51,857 nucleotides of DNA from positions 1 to 51,857 of IMG/VR virus record IMGVR_UViG_3300042545_000475; one strand, given 5' to 3'. Origin of the DNA: a virus (Duplodnaviria > Caudoviricetes). Shown piece by piece: positions 1-9,900 of the stretch (positions within the stretch are counted from its first letter, which is position 1; every line of letters begins with the position of its first letter). The position numbers and the translations under genes are program-made. The notes under the pieces were generated by a model. The model saw nothing but the letters and a program-made list of their open reading frames with translations. It was not told the origin of the DNA and ran no database searches.

Positions 1-82
1 GTTTGGCTAAATTGCAGAAATTGAGTGAAACTAGGTTTGAGGGGGATAACCCCTAGTTTGGCACCAAACCGGAGATTCATCA

Positions 83-307
83 ATGGCTCGTAAAGCAAAG
101 AATGTACTTGAGAGACTTCGTGACCCGAAGGTTGACCGATACGGCAACCTGAAGCCCAAGAAGGGTGGCGCAAAGAAGAAAAATCCTGCCGCAGCACCCA
201 AGCGCAAAACCCCCAGCCCAAGCGCACGGTCGATGTACCAAGGTGACCGTACTGCCAATGAGACGGGTGGGTCTATGTATCAAACCGCTAAAAAGCGTGC
301 TGGTTAA
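83..307 (+). CDS. Small basic (Lys/Arg-rich) hypothetical protein
   Basis: GGAG RBS upstream of ATG; first gene of the operon. Confidence 0.7.
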   Translation: MARKAKNVLERLRDPKVDRYGNLKPKKGGAKKKNPAAAPKRKTPSPSARSMYQGDRTANETGGSMYQTAKKRAG

Positions 308-317
308 TAGGTGACAC

Positions 318-1058
318 ATGGCCACTAGCGTCTTCGTCGGTACGGCTGACAAACTGCGTGAAGCGGCCAAGAGTCACCCCAGAGTCCTTGTCTCCTTTTC
401 TGGCGGCAAGGACTCGTCCGTTTGCTTAGACTTGGCGTTGCGGTCTGGGTTCACCGAGGTGGTCCCATTCTTCATGTACCTTGTGCCCGGCCTGTCATTC
501 ATCGACCAGAGGCTGGAAGAGGCAGAGCGCCGATTCGGCGTTAAAGTGATCCATGTGCCGCATTGGGCGAATTACGCCTACATAAAAGAGGAATTGTTTT
601 GCACCCGGCCACACCATCTGGATGACCTGCCGGAAGTGAAATTGCCTGAATTGTATTCCATGCTACACCTGCAAACCGGCATAAATCTAATCATCAATGG
701 TGGCAAGAAGTCCGATGGTCTGTGGCGCAAACGGTTCATCTGGAGTGTGCGGAACAAGGCAAATATAATGCACCCCATTGATGACTGGAACAAGTGGGAT
801 GTGTACGCCTACCTAAAGGCACGGAACATTCCGGTGCCGCAAGAAAGCATCGACATGGGGGCCAAGGGCGCTGGCGTGGACCTTCACCCTGATTCGTTGC
901 TTTGGATTTATGACAATCACCCGGATGACTTTAGAAAGATTGAGAGGGTTTATCCCTATGTCAGAGCAGCTGTATACCGGCGAGAGTGGTACGGAATTGG
1001 AAAAGATTACAGAAAAGGCAGAGCCACAAAAGGAAAAGAAGTCAGCAAAAAAGGCTGA
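318..1058 (+). CDS. PAPS reductase-like / PP-loop adenine nucleotide alpha-hydrolase family protein
   Basis: VSFSGGKDS PP-loop; HPIDDWNKWDVYAYL matches the PxxxWxxxDVWxY motif. Confidence 0.85.
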   Translation: MATSVFVGTADKLREAAKSHPRVLVSFSGGKDSSVCLDLALRSGFTEVVPFFMYLVPGLSFIDQRLEEAERRFGVKVIHVPHWANYAYIKEELFCTRPHHLDDLPEVKLPELYSMLHLQTGINLIINGGKKSDGLWRKRFIWSVRNKANIMHPIDDWNKWDVYAYLKARNIPVPQESIDMGAKGAGVDLHPDSLLWIYDNHPDDFRKIERVYPYVRAAVYRREWYGIGKDYRKGRATKGKEVSKKG

Positions 1059-1770
1059 CACTTCGGCTGCGGCGCTGTCCAAGTTTCAAAAGTTTTCAGT
1101 CACACAGGTTCATCGCAGTTCCATCCAAAACGCACCGTACAATCCACGCACCATCAGCGAGAAGGCCAAGAAGAAGCTTCGGGACAACCTGAAGCGTGTG
1201 GGCCTGATTGAGCCAATCATCTGGAACAAGACCACAGGCAATATCGTCGGCGGACACCAGCGTATCGCCAGTCTGGATGCCTTGGAACGGTCGGATGATT
1301 ACCTGCTGGATGTGGCGCAGGTGGAGATGGACGAGAAGACCGAGAAGGAACAAAATGTGTTCCTGAACAACGGCGAGGCGCAAGGTGACTGGGACCTTGA
1401 GCGGCTGGAAAGCCTGTACCGTAAGGATAAGATCGACTACGAAAATACTGGCTTTGATATGGGCCACATCTACCAGCTTTTCGGCTCCAACCCGTTGGAA
1501 GAGTCCAGTGTGGAAGAGCTTGAGAAGGCCGCAGAGAAGCTGCGGGAAGCGTACGACATGATGGAGAAGACCAGCCACAAGGCGGTTGGCAATGAAGAAG
1601 ATGATGTGGACTTCTTCTCCGTGATCATTTTCAAGAACTTTGAAGAACGAATCAAGTTCCATGCGGCACTAGACCTCACCGTGAGCAAGTACATCGATGG
1701 CAAGTTCCTGACAGCCATGTTGGGGCAGTCCGGCGAGGGTCCAGACATAGCCGAGGACCATCTGGAGTAA
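958..1770 (+). CDS. ParB/Srx N-terminal-like domain protein
   Basis: APYNPRTI...GLIEPIIWN...GNIVGGHQR motifs; ATG at 958 follows GAGAGG; overlaps the upstream gene by ~100 nt. Confidence 0.85.
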   Translation: MSEQLYTGESGTELEKITEKAEPQKEKKSAKKADTSAAALSKFQKFSVTQVHRSSIQNAPYNPRTISEKAKKKLRDNLKRVGLIEPIIWNKTTGNIVGGHQRIASLDALERSDDYLLDVAQVEMDEKTEKEQNVFLNNGEAQGDWDLERLESLYRKDKIDYENTGFDMGHIYQLFGSNPLEESSVEELEKAAEKLREAYDMMEKTSHKAVGNEEDDVDFFSVIIFKNFEERIKFHAALDLTVSKYIDGKFLTAMLGQSGEGPDIAEDHLE

Positions 1771-1776
1771 CCATCC

Positions 1777-2223
1777 ATGGACGAACAAGAGCCCAAAAAA
1801 AAGGACCGGAAGCCGTATGTGAAGCCTACGGTCGAAGAATACGAACAGCGGGTTGCGTACGCCGAATTCCTTTTGTGTAGAAGGATTTACAAGTGTGACA
1901 TCAAGCGATTGATGAAGAAAAAGTTTAATGTCACGGCGAGGGCCGTCGAGGACTACCTCTCTCGTGCGAAGGCTAAATTGCGAGACAGGTCGGGAAAGAC
2001 CCGTGCGGAACACCAGATCGACAGCCTTCAGTTCTACGAATCTGTGCTGAATGGCCCTGATTCAACGCTTCGGGACCGCATGGACGCACAGTCCAGAATC
2101 GACAAGCTGATGGGCCTTGAGGATGGCAACACGCCCGGCGGCGGCGTGACCAGTCCGATCATCAATGTGGTCGAGCAGGTCGTGACCAGCCGGGAAGAGG
2201 CCAAGGGGAAGGCCAATGATTGA
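1777..2223 (+). CDS. terS: Probable terminase small subunit
   Basis: Directly upstream of TerL; HTH-like N-terminus; RIDKLMGLE motif. Confidence 0.65.
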   Translation: MDEQEPKKKDRKPYVKPTVEEYEQRVAYAEFLLCRRIYKCDIKRLMKKKFNVTARAVEDYLSRAKAKLRDRSGKTRAEHQIDSLQFYESVLNGPDSTLRDRMDAQSRIDKLMGLEDGNTPGGGVTSPIINVVEQVVTSREEAKGKAND

Positions 2224-3415
2224 ACAAGCGCCCAAGGTGATCAGGTTCCATCCGGCGCAGATGGAGTTCCTCAAAAGCAATTCGCTCTTCCGTGGTTTCA
2301 CTGGAGGGCGTGGTGCTGGGAAGTCGTTTGTGGGTGCCTACGACATCCTGCGACGGGCACAGCCGGGCAGGCTGTACATGATCGTGGCGCCCACCTACCC
2401 CATGCTGAATGATTCAAGTCTGCGCTCATTTACGGCCCATGCTGAAACGCTTGGCCTGACCTATTCCATGAACCGCAGCCGTTTTGTCGCCACCCTGCCG
2501 AATAGGGCAGAAATCCTGTTCAGATCGGCAGACAACCCCAACAAACTGCGTGGACCGAACCTGTCGGGCGTGTGGATGGATGAGGCCTCGTACATCGAGA
2601 AAGAGGCTTACGAAATCGCCATCGCCTGTTTGCGGGAAGCTGGAGAACAAGGTTGGCTCACAGCCACATTCACGCCCAAGGGCAGACAGCATTGGACCTA
2701 TCAGGTTTTCGGCATGAAGGCCGACAACACGAGCCTGTTCAGGTCGGCCACCCGTGACAATGTGTTCTTGCCAGACACCTTTGAAAATGTCATCCGTGGC
2801 CAGTACACGACGATGATGGCGGCTCAGGAACTGGAAGGCGAATTCATTGAATTCAACGCAGGCGTGTTCGCAAGGCATTGGTTCGGCATCGTCGATGCAG
2901 CCCCAGCAAAGGCCCGTCGTGTCAGGTACTGGGACAAGGCAGGAACCGACAATGGTGGCGCTTACACCTGCGGGGTCCTGATGTCTAACACCGACGATGG
3001 CGAATACTTTGTCGAGCATGTGATCAGGGGCCAGCTTTCGGCCCACAAACGAAACAACCTGATTCTCCAGACCAGCATCGCAGACCGTGAGAAATACGGG
3101 GATGTGGAGATCGTGGTCGAGCAAGAACCCGGATCGGGTGGCAAAGAATCAGCTGAATTCACTATCAAGCAGCTGGCAGGATTCAAAATATTTGTGGACC
3201 GCCCATCAGGCGACAAGGTGACACGAGCGCAGCCCTATGCGGCGCAAGCCGAGGCTGGCAATGTCAAGCTCTTGCAATCTGCATGGAATGGCGATTATTT
3301 AGACGAACTTTCAGCATTTCCGGGCGGCGAGTATTTGGATCAGGTTGATGCGTCTTCTGGGGCATTTAATCGTCTTGCATTGATTCGCAAGCGAGTGTTC
3401 CAAGTCTGGACCTGA
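2216..3415 (+). CDS. terL: Terminase large subunit
   Basis: Walker A GGRGAGKS, Walker B WMDEA, LRGPNL, C-terminal nuclease with FPGGEYLDQVDA. Confidence 0.95.
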   Translation: MIEQAPKVIRFHPAQMEFLKSNSLFRGFTGGRGAGKSFVGAYDILRRAQPGRLYMIVAPTYPMLNDSSLRSFTAHAETLGLTYSMNRSRFVATLPNRAEILFRSADNPNKLRGPNLSGVWMDEASYIEKEAYEIAIACLREAGEQGWLTATFTPKGRQHWTYQVFGMKADNTSLFRSATRDNVFLPDTFENVIRGQYTTMMAAQELEGEFIEFNAGVFARHWFGIVDAAPAKARRVRYWDKAGTDNGGAYTCGVLMSNTDDGEYFVEHVIRGQLSAHKRNNLILQTSIADREKYGDVEIVVEQEPGSGGKESAEFTIKQLAGFKIFVDRPSGDKVTRAQPYAAQAEAGNVKLLQSAWNGDYLDELSAFPGGEYLDQVDASSGAFNRLALIRKRVFQVWT

Positions 3416-3484
3416 TCCGTGCGGTTTTACCGCAGCCGTCCAGTCAAGTTAGGATGAATTCCATCGGAACACCGGAGCGCAGAC

Positions 3485-4978
3485 ATGCCGCAGCAGAAGT
3501 CTATTTGGGAAAAAGCCGTTCGATTCGTGAAGTCCGGCTTCCGATTCCGCATCCCCCAACAAGAAAGCGAGGGGTCCAAGAAGTTTGCCGAATTGCTTAT
3601 GGCAGGCGGATCGATGGGCTTTCCGGGGGCATGGACCGCAGACAGGCTTGAGCAGGTACGGCATTATCGGGGCTGGTCGTACATCGCCATCAAGGCTATC
3701 GCTGAGGAGGTCGCCTGCCACCCACCGAGGGTTGCGGCGATTCGTGGCCGTGAAGAGGCGATGTCCAAGGGCATGAAGGTGCTGAGTGGCCGTGAGCGGC
3801 GCAAGGCAATCGCCCACACGCAGGCGCACGAAGAATTGGAACCAGTCGATTCCCACCACCCATTGTGCGAATTGCTGCGAAACCCCAACGAGCCTGATGT
3901 GGCGTTCGACTTTTGGTTTGAGACTATGATGTTCCTTGAACTCACCGGCAACGCCTACTGGTGGGTGGTCAACAACAAGCTTGGAGTGCCTGCCGAATTG
4001 TGGGTGCTTCCAAGCCATTGGGTGTGGCCCATGTCGGGTAATGGCAAGCTGATTGAGTACTACCAAGTCAGGCCGTATGGGTCACCCGGCGCTGCACGCA
4101 TGATCAACTTCCCAGCCGATGAGATCATCAGCTTCAAGTACAAGAACCCTTTGTCAAAGATTGATGGCCATGCCCCTATGGCGGCAGCTGCCGAGTGGAT
4201 TGACGCAGCCGAGAGCATTGATGCCACACGCTGGTATTCGTTCAAAAACGGCATCTGGCCGGGCTTTGTCATGCAACTTGACAAGGACATGGAAGACCCA
4301 CCGCAGAGCTACATCGACAACCTGTACGCACGGCTGGACGCACGGGCACGAGGCGAGAACAAGTACGACAGGCCATTGGTGCTTCCACCGGGCGTTTCGG
4401 CCAACAATGTGACACGCAGCCCAAGAGAAATGGATTTCCAATCGTCTGGCGATCAGTTGAAAGACTGGGTCATGGCAGTGCATCGGGTGGGCAAGTCGAT
4501 TGCAGGCATCACCGAGGAGGTGAACTACGCCAGCATGGTTGCAGCCACAGCCAACTTCATCACCCGCACCATTCGGCCCAAACTGTCATTCATTGGCCAA
4601 GTGGCCACCGAGAAGCTTGCCAAACGATTTGACGACAGGCTGATTATTTATTGGGACGACATCACGCCAGATGATCCCGGCCAAAAGACCGCAGACATGC
4701 AGGCAGACTTTGCGGCAGGTGCAATCACGCCCAACGAAATCCGAGCCGAGCGTGGACGCAGCCCATACGACGACAAGGGCAACGACCCGATGGTCGGCGG
4801 ACAGCCCATGGAGGCCAAAGGCAACCAGTTCATGGACATGCTTTTTGGCAAGCAACCGCAACAAACGCAACCGGGCCAGCCGGGCCAAGAACAAGAGCAA
4901 GACCAAGGCGATGAGGAGCCAGCAAAGGCACCACCGCCTCCCGGCACCCAAAAGCGTAAGCCGAAGGGTGGTGGATGA
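3485..4978 (+). CDS. Portal protein (HK97-like)
   Basis: LLRNPN, LELTGNAYW, FKNGIWPG and ITPNEIR motifs; position after TerL. Confidence 0.92.
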   Translation: MPQQKSIWEKAVRFVKSGFRFRIPQQESEGSKKFAELLMAGGSMGFPGAWTADRLEQVRHYRGWSYIAIKAIAEEVACHPPRVAAIRGREEAMSKGMKVLSGRERRKAIAHTQAHEELEPVDSHHPLCELLRNPNEPDVAFDFWFETMMFLELTGNAYWWVVNNKLGVPAELWVLPSHWVWPMSGNGKLIEYYQVRPYGSPGAARMINFPADEIISFKYKNPLSKIDGHAPMAAAAEWIDAAESIDATRWYSFKNGIWPGFVMQLDKDMEDPPQSYIDNLYARLDARARGENKYDRPLVLPPGVSANNVTRSPREMDFQSSGDQLKDWVMAVHRVGKSIAGITEEVNYASMVAATANFITRTIRPKLSFIGQVATEKLAKRFDDRLIIYWDDITPDDPGQKTADMQADFAAGAITPNEIRAERGRSPYDDKGNDPMVGGQPMEAKGNQFMDMLFGKQPQQTQPGQPGQEQEQDQGDEEPAKAPPPPGTQKRKPKGGG

Positions 4979-5106
4979 TGGGTCAAGCATTTCAGGCAAT
5001 CGCCAACATGGTACTAATCGGCCTTGTTATGACTGGCCTGATGTGCCTGTACGATGTTTTCACCAAGTCAGACAACGAAGACGACAAAGACGGTGATAAA
5101 AGATGA
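4975..5106 (+). CDS. Small (43 aa) single-TM protein, absent from the ORF track
   Basis: MMGQAFQAIANMVLIGLVMTGLMCLYDVFTKSDNEDDKDGDKR; ATGA overlaps with both neighbours. Confidence 0.65.
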   Translation: MMGQAFQAIANMVLIGLVMTGLMCLYDVFTKSDNEDDKDGDKR

Positions 5107-6101
5107 ATTATGTGCGTGATCGCGAGCATGGCCAGATTGTGCCAACCGGCAAGGATTTGGCCAATCGTCTTGCGAAAATCATGCTGAAGCAGTCCCGTGT
5201 CGCCCGTGTTGCGGTGATGCGTGGGCGGACCCCTGACCTGTCCAAGTTTCGTCCTGAACTGGAGAGCGTGTTCAACGACATGCTGGGCAGGTACGCCATG
5301 GACGGGGCCATGGCGATGATGAAACGCATCGCCGATCAGATGGAGGCCAAGGAACCAGAATTGGCCAAGGCCAAGTCAATCAGCCGTGAGCGTTACGAGT
5401 ATGTGATCAAGGCATCCGGCAGGCGTTCGTGGCGTGCTGTGCTGGGCATCGCATGGAATCTGCTCTCCAAGCGTGTCATGGACGCTGTCAGGAAGCTGTC
5501 ATTCAGGCTTGCGGCATCGACCATTGACGCATCAGTCGAGCGCTGTGATCAGCTGATTCAAGAGATCAGGCAGTCTGTCATTCGGCGGCGTGAAGCTATT
5601 CAGCGTGAGAACGAGGCGGCAGAGGCGGCAGGCAAGCCAGAGGCTGTAAAACCGCTACCAGTAGTGCCAAACCGCAGGCGGGCAGTGGTCGAGGTGGCAC
5701 GGAATGAAATTCAAGAAGCTATTCGTGAGGGTGAGGGAATCCCGCAGATGTCGAGCAGGCTGGCAGAGATTTTTGCGCCAGAGCGGGCGCTGATGATCGC
5801 ACAGACCGAGTCGAGCAGGGCCTATCATCAGGGCCAGATTGAGACAGCGATTGAATCTGATGTGGTCGGCGGCTTGCAGTGGCTGGCAAGTTCTGATGCG
5901 TGTCCTAAGTGCAAGGCTCTCCAGAGCAAGATCGTTCCACTCGGCCAACCGTTTGAGATTTTGAACGATGGACTTGGCCCGTATGACATCATCGACGCAC
6001 CTCCACGGCACCCAAACTGCATGTGTGCCGCCTTGGAAGTTTTCAAGGAAGATATGCCTGATCAGGACTCGGAAGGCGACGAGACAATCGAGGCAGAGTA
6101 G
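5103..6101 (+). CDS. MuF/SPP1 gp7-like head morphogenesis (minor head) protein
   Basis: RALMIAQTESSRAY, W...DACPKC and PPRHPNCMC motifs. Confidence 0.88.
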   Translation: MNYVRDREHGQIVPTGKDLANRLAKIMLKQSRVARVAVMRGRTPDLSKFRPELESVFNDMLGRYAMDGAMAMMKRIADQMEAKEPELAKAKSISRERYEYVIKASGRRSWRAVLGIAWNLLSKRVMDAVRKLSFRLAASTIDASVERCDQLIQEIRQSVIRRREAIQRENEAAEAAGKPEAVKPLPVVPNRRRAVVEVARNEIQEAIREGEGIPQMSSRLAEIFAPERALMIAQTESSRAYHQGQIETAIESDVVGGLQWLASSDACPKCKALQSKIVPLGQPFEILNDGLGPYDIIDAPPRHPNCMCAALEVFKEDMPDQDSEGDETIEAE

Positions 6102-6158
6102 GCCAGCGTTTGCGGAACTGCCACCGGGTTGTTTGCAATGAATCAAAAGGAGAATACC

Positions 6159-9100
6159 GTGAACCTGTTTACCCGTTCTGTTGAAAAGCGTGCTGGCCGT
6201 GTGTACCGGGTGGATGGGCAGGACAGCCTGCTTGCGATTGACAGGGTGTCTGACAAGATCGTCACCGACGACAGGGTCATGGCGGCGACAGCCGTGATCT
6301 CCACCCCAATGATTGATCGTGATGGGGATGTGGTATTGCAGGAAGGGCTGGATTTCACGAACTATCGGCGCAATCCAGTCGTGTTCTTCAATCACCAAGC
6401 GTGGCCTGTGCCAATCGGCAAATCCGAGGACCAGCAGGGCAGGTCCACGATCATCGTGACCCCAGAGCAGACTACGGCTACCTGCTATTTCAGCAGCAAG
6501 TCGAAAGAGTCTGAGCAAATCTACCACCTTGTGGCTGACGGAACCCTGCGCTCTACCTCTATCGGGTTCCTCGTAAAACGGGCCACACCGCTCACATCCA
6601 GCCCAATGCTTGGCATGGGTCGTATGAGCCAGACTGGCAAACCGGGCGGCTATCGCATTGAGAATGCAGAAGTCACCGAGTGGTCGTGGGTTGGCATCGG
6701 GGCCAATCCTGAAGCTGTTTTGGTTCACTTGTCCAAGGGCATGATTGCAGGCAGTCAAATTGATGACAGGCTGCGTATGGCACTTCAACCCTATTCGGCG
6801 ATAAAAAAAGTCATGGTCGATTCTGGAATTGATGTGAAGTCTTTGTCTTTGGGTCAGGAGCGTGAAACTGTGGAAGCATTTGACTGGAATGCCCCCAAGG
6901 CCAAGATGCTGGAGCGTTTCGGCTCTGCCTTGAAATCGTTCATGCCCGAATACAGCGAGTATGTGGTCAAGGAATTCAGGGAAGACGACCATCCACGCAA
7001 TCCTGCGGGTGGAGAGCATGGTGGCCAGTTTACTGCAAAGCCTGAGTCAAAAAAACCTGAAATGACACCGGAAGAGGAAGAGGCACACTTCTCGCAGTTC
7101 TACAAGCCTGTTGGGAACGCAACGATGCGACAGGCTGTTGAAAAGCCATCTCAACGCCGATACCATCATGCCGGTCCAGAGGAGGCACATCAGCTTCATC
7201 CCAACTTGAACATGAGTGCCAAGCTTTCCGAAGCAGAGCTTGCTGAGGTTAATTCCAAGGGGCCTGCGGCGATCCTTGCTGAAACCAAGGACATGAATGC
7301 ACAAAGACAATTGGATGGGTTGGACAAAATTCGGGAGAAACATCCAGAGCCTTGGAAAGACATCGACTCTTGGAATGCTTTTCAGGCAGCGGCGTACAAA
7401 AACAAAACGGTGCCAATCCCACCGTTCAACTTCTTGAAAAAGCTTTCAGATGGCACGCTGGCAGACCGGCTTGTGAAGTTGGAACCGGGACAATTAAAAG
7501 ATGCTGATCACGGATTCAGAAACGCCAAAGAGTTTCGTGACTTGTACACATCCGGCGAAGTGGGCGTTACGACAACAGCCAAGCTGTTTTTGTGGTCGAT
7601 TCTTTCACGGGGTGTTAGCCCGTATGTTCAGGAATCGCTTTTTATCGACGCATACGCTGGTGCGGAAAAATGGATCAACAAGGCCGCAAACGGCGAACTG
7701 ACAGAAGACGACATATTTGGCCCTAAAATTCTTGACGAGAATGGCGAAGTTGTAATGGTGCCAAAAATGCACCAAGGCAAGATTATGAAGGATAAGAAAA
7801 CCGGCGAACCGATCATGGAGCCAAAGCGTGGCCCGTCCGCTTACGAAGAGTGGGTCAAAACCGTTGCTCCAGCGCAGCAGGGAATTCCGGGTGCTGGATC
7901 AACGCACAACCTTGGAGCATTTGGTCGCAACTTTTTATGGAAATTGTCGCAGAAAGACGAGAACGGCGTAAGCCATCTCCAAAAGCTTCACGACATGATG
8001 TGCGACCCCAATCAAACGGGGCGTGGCATCAGGCGTGAATTCTCCAAGTTTGGCGAAGGCTGCGGAATCGACAACAAAGTGGTGTCGTTCACCCTGCTTG
8101 TCGCAGGATTTGACGATGTCATGGTTCTCGACCGGGTCCAGATGAGAAACCTGTGGGACGATGGCCGATTTAAGGATTACAATCTGTATGACGGCCTAAG
8201 TGATGTCAAAAATTCGGCGCTTAACCGGCTTGGCGAAGGTGTCCGTGGCATCATGTATTACGAGGCGATTGAGGATGCGCTGAAGGAACGGCTTGCAGAG
8301 ATCAGCAAAAAGGTTGGCCGTGACATCAGCATTGGTAGGTATCATTGGGAAAGCTGGGTGTCAGCTTCGGAGCAGGAAGCGTCCCATGGAACGCTGGATG
8401 CTATCCTGAAAGATGCAAAAGGTCAGGACAATGTTTTGGCCGGTGTGCAGGCAAAACAGGGCGAATATGCTGCTTACCAGTACGGCGCACGATATGGTCG
8501 TGACGAAAAGGGTGAGCGTTACATAGAATGGACCTGCCCAGCAGGTGTCAAGGATTCGCCAAAAAGCATTAAATTTTCGATCCCTGAGTTCAAGATGTTT
8601 TCGGAATATCTTGGGGGAACCCGAAATAAAACCAGTGTGGTGCCAAAGGGATTTTCTGTCTCAAATCCACCACCGGAACACAAGGACCAGCCGTGGTATG
8701 AACGACCCCAAATCAACAAGCAGCGACTCATCGAAGAAGCCCAGCGATACGCCGCCGGAGAAGGAGGCAAAAAGAAGCAAGGGGGACGAACTTCTGATGA
8801 GAATTCTTCACGGAAGAAGGGGAGTTCCGATGGTAGTCGAGCCAACGAGGGATGGCCTTGGCTACGGGGAGGATTCACCGGAAGATTCAGAGTGATAAAG
8901 CGTTGTTGGGAAGGTTACGAACCCGTTCCCGGCAAAAAACCGTACAGCGAGGATAGCTGTAGGCCAAAAGACGCAGGAATGAACATCAACGACGAGATCG
9001 AAAAAGCGGGCCTGCAAGACTGCGTGTCTGCCAAAATACCCAAGCTGATCAAGGAAGGCTACGAGCCAGATCAGGCTGCGGCCATCGCCTACGACATGTG

Positions 9101-9701
9101 CAGGCGTGGAAAGGCAGAGCTTGACGAGTCCACAATAGAAGAAAAGGCAGTATCCATGGTATCGGCGGATGCGCTTGTGCCATTCCCAAGTCAAGACGAT
9201 GAGGAGACAAAGTCAATGAATACGATGGGCAACGCACAGGGTAACAAGCCAATGCCTCCCGGCATGGCATACGCACAAGCCGCCAAAGAGCTTATGGAAG
9301 CCGCCTACGAAATGCAGGAGAATCCTTCTGTAAAAGAATACATGATGCGCCAGTACGGCGACCTCAAGCGCATGTGTTCCAAGGCCTACCCTGAATGTGA
9401 TCTTGAGTGGAAGCTTGAGGTTCCAGAAGACGAAGGCAAGCCCATGGAGAGCGATGACTACGAGATGAAGGGCGAACACGGCGAACCTGACGGCGACGAA
9501 GGCACGAAGCCAATGAAGCCAATGAAGCCGAAAAAAGAAGACGACGAAGACGAGATGGACGACGAAGAGGACGGCGAGGAAGAAATGGACGAGGAAGAGG
9601 ACAAGGCCTACAAGTCTCTTCTAGAATCGCTAAATAAATTGGTGGTCAACTTCAGCGGTATGCAGAAGGAATTTGACCGCATGACTGGTAAGGTGAAATA
9701 A
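6159..9701 (+). CDS. Prohead protease (HK97-type) fused to an internal HhH-GPD glycosylase-like domain and an acidic scaffold-like C-terminus
   Basis: DRDGDVV, NPVVFFNH..PIGK, STSIGF and EWSWVGIGANPEA protease motifs; GTG 6159 follows AAGGAG (ATG 6138 is an alternative start); internal GIDNKVVSF...VLDR motif. Confidence 0.85.
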   Translation: MNLFTRSVEKRAGRVYRVDGQDSLLAIDRVSDKIVTDDRVMAATAVISTPMIDRDGDVVLQEGLDFTNYRRNPVVFFNHQAWPVPIGKSEDQQGRSTIIVTPEQTTATCYFSSKSKESEQIYHLVADGTLRSTSIGFLVKRATPLTSSPMLGMGRMSQTGKPGGYRIENAEVTEWSWVGIGANPEAVLVHLSKGMIAGSQIDDRLRMALQPYSAIKKVMVDSGIDVKSLSLGQERETVEAFDWNAPKAKMLERFGSALKSFMPEYSEYVVKEFREDDHPRNPAGGEHGGQFTAKPESKKPEMTPEEEEAHFSQFYKPVGNATMRQAVEKPSQRRYHHAGPEEAHQLHPNLNMSAKLSEAELAEVNSKGPAAILAETKDMNAQRQLDGLDKIREKHPEPWKDIDSWNAFQAAAYKNKTVPIPPFNFLKKLSDGTLADRLVKLEPGQLKDADHGFRNAKEFRDLYTSGEVGVTTTAKLFLWSILSRGVSPYVQESLFIDAYAGAEKWINKAANGELTEDDIFGPKILDENGEVVMVPKMHQGKIMKDKKTGEPIMEPKRGPSAYEEWVKTVAPAQQGIPGAGSTHNLGAFGRNFLWKLSQKDENGVSHLQKLHDMMCDPNQTGRGIRREFSKFGEGCGIDNKVVSFTLLVAGFDDVMVLDRVQMRNLWDDGRFKDYNLYDGLSDVKNSALNRLGEGVRGIMYYEAIEDALKERLAEISKKVGRDISIGRYHWESWVSASEQEASHGTLDAILKDAKGQDNVLAGVQAKQGEYAAYQYGARYGRDEKGERYIEWTCPAGVKDSPKSIKFSIPEFKMFSEYLGGTRNKTSVVPKGFSVSNPPPEHKDQPWYERPQINKQRLIEEAQRYAAGEGGKKKQGGRTSDENSSRKKGSSDGSRANEGWPWLRGGFTGRFRVIKRCWEGYEPVPGKKPYSEDSCRPKDAGMNINDEIEKAGLQDCVSAKIPKLIKEGYEPDQAAAIAYDMCRRGKAELDESTIEEKAVSMVSADALVPFPSQDDEETKSMNTMGNAQGNKPMPPGMAYAQAAKELMEAAYEMQENPSVKEYMMRQYGDLKRMCSKAYPECDLEWKLEVPEDEGKPMESDDYEMKGEHGEPDGDEGTKPMKPMKPKKEDDEDEMDDEEDGEEEMDEEEDKAYKSLLESLNKLVVNFSGMQKEFDRMTGKVK

Positions 9702-9702
9702 G

Positions 9703-9900
9703 GTGAGCCGAAGGGAATCGGATCACAATCGACGCTGCGAAGACAGCATCACGGAGTGCCTTCGGGCCATTCATGATGCCACTCTTCGCAGCGGTTTTTA
9801 TGGCAGGGTGGAGATCGTATGGCAGGTAAAAGACGGCAGCATCCAGCAGGACATGCAGGTGAGGTTGGAGGAGACACGCAGACTGAATTCGCAGGAGTAG
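9703..9900 (+). CDS. Small hypothetical protein (resembles DUF2292-type proteins)
   Basis: GTG start immediately after the protease stop; GFYGRVEIVWQVKDGSIQ. Confidence 0.55.
   Translation: MSRRESDHNRRCEDSITECLRAIHDATLRSGFYGRVEIVWQVKDGSIQQDMQVRLEETRRLNSQE

Noticed and set aside
958-1770. Plasmid-prophage partition system
   Set aside because: No ParA, and the protein has only the ParB N-terminal-like domain in a PAPS-reductase/terminase context
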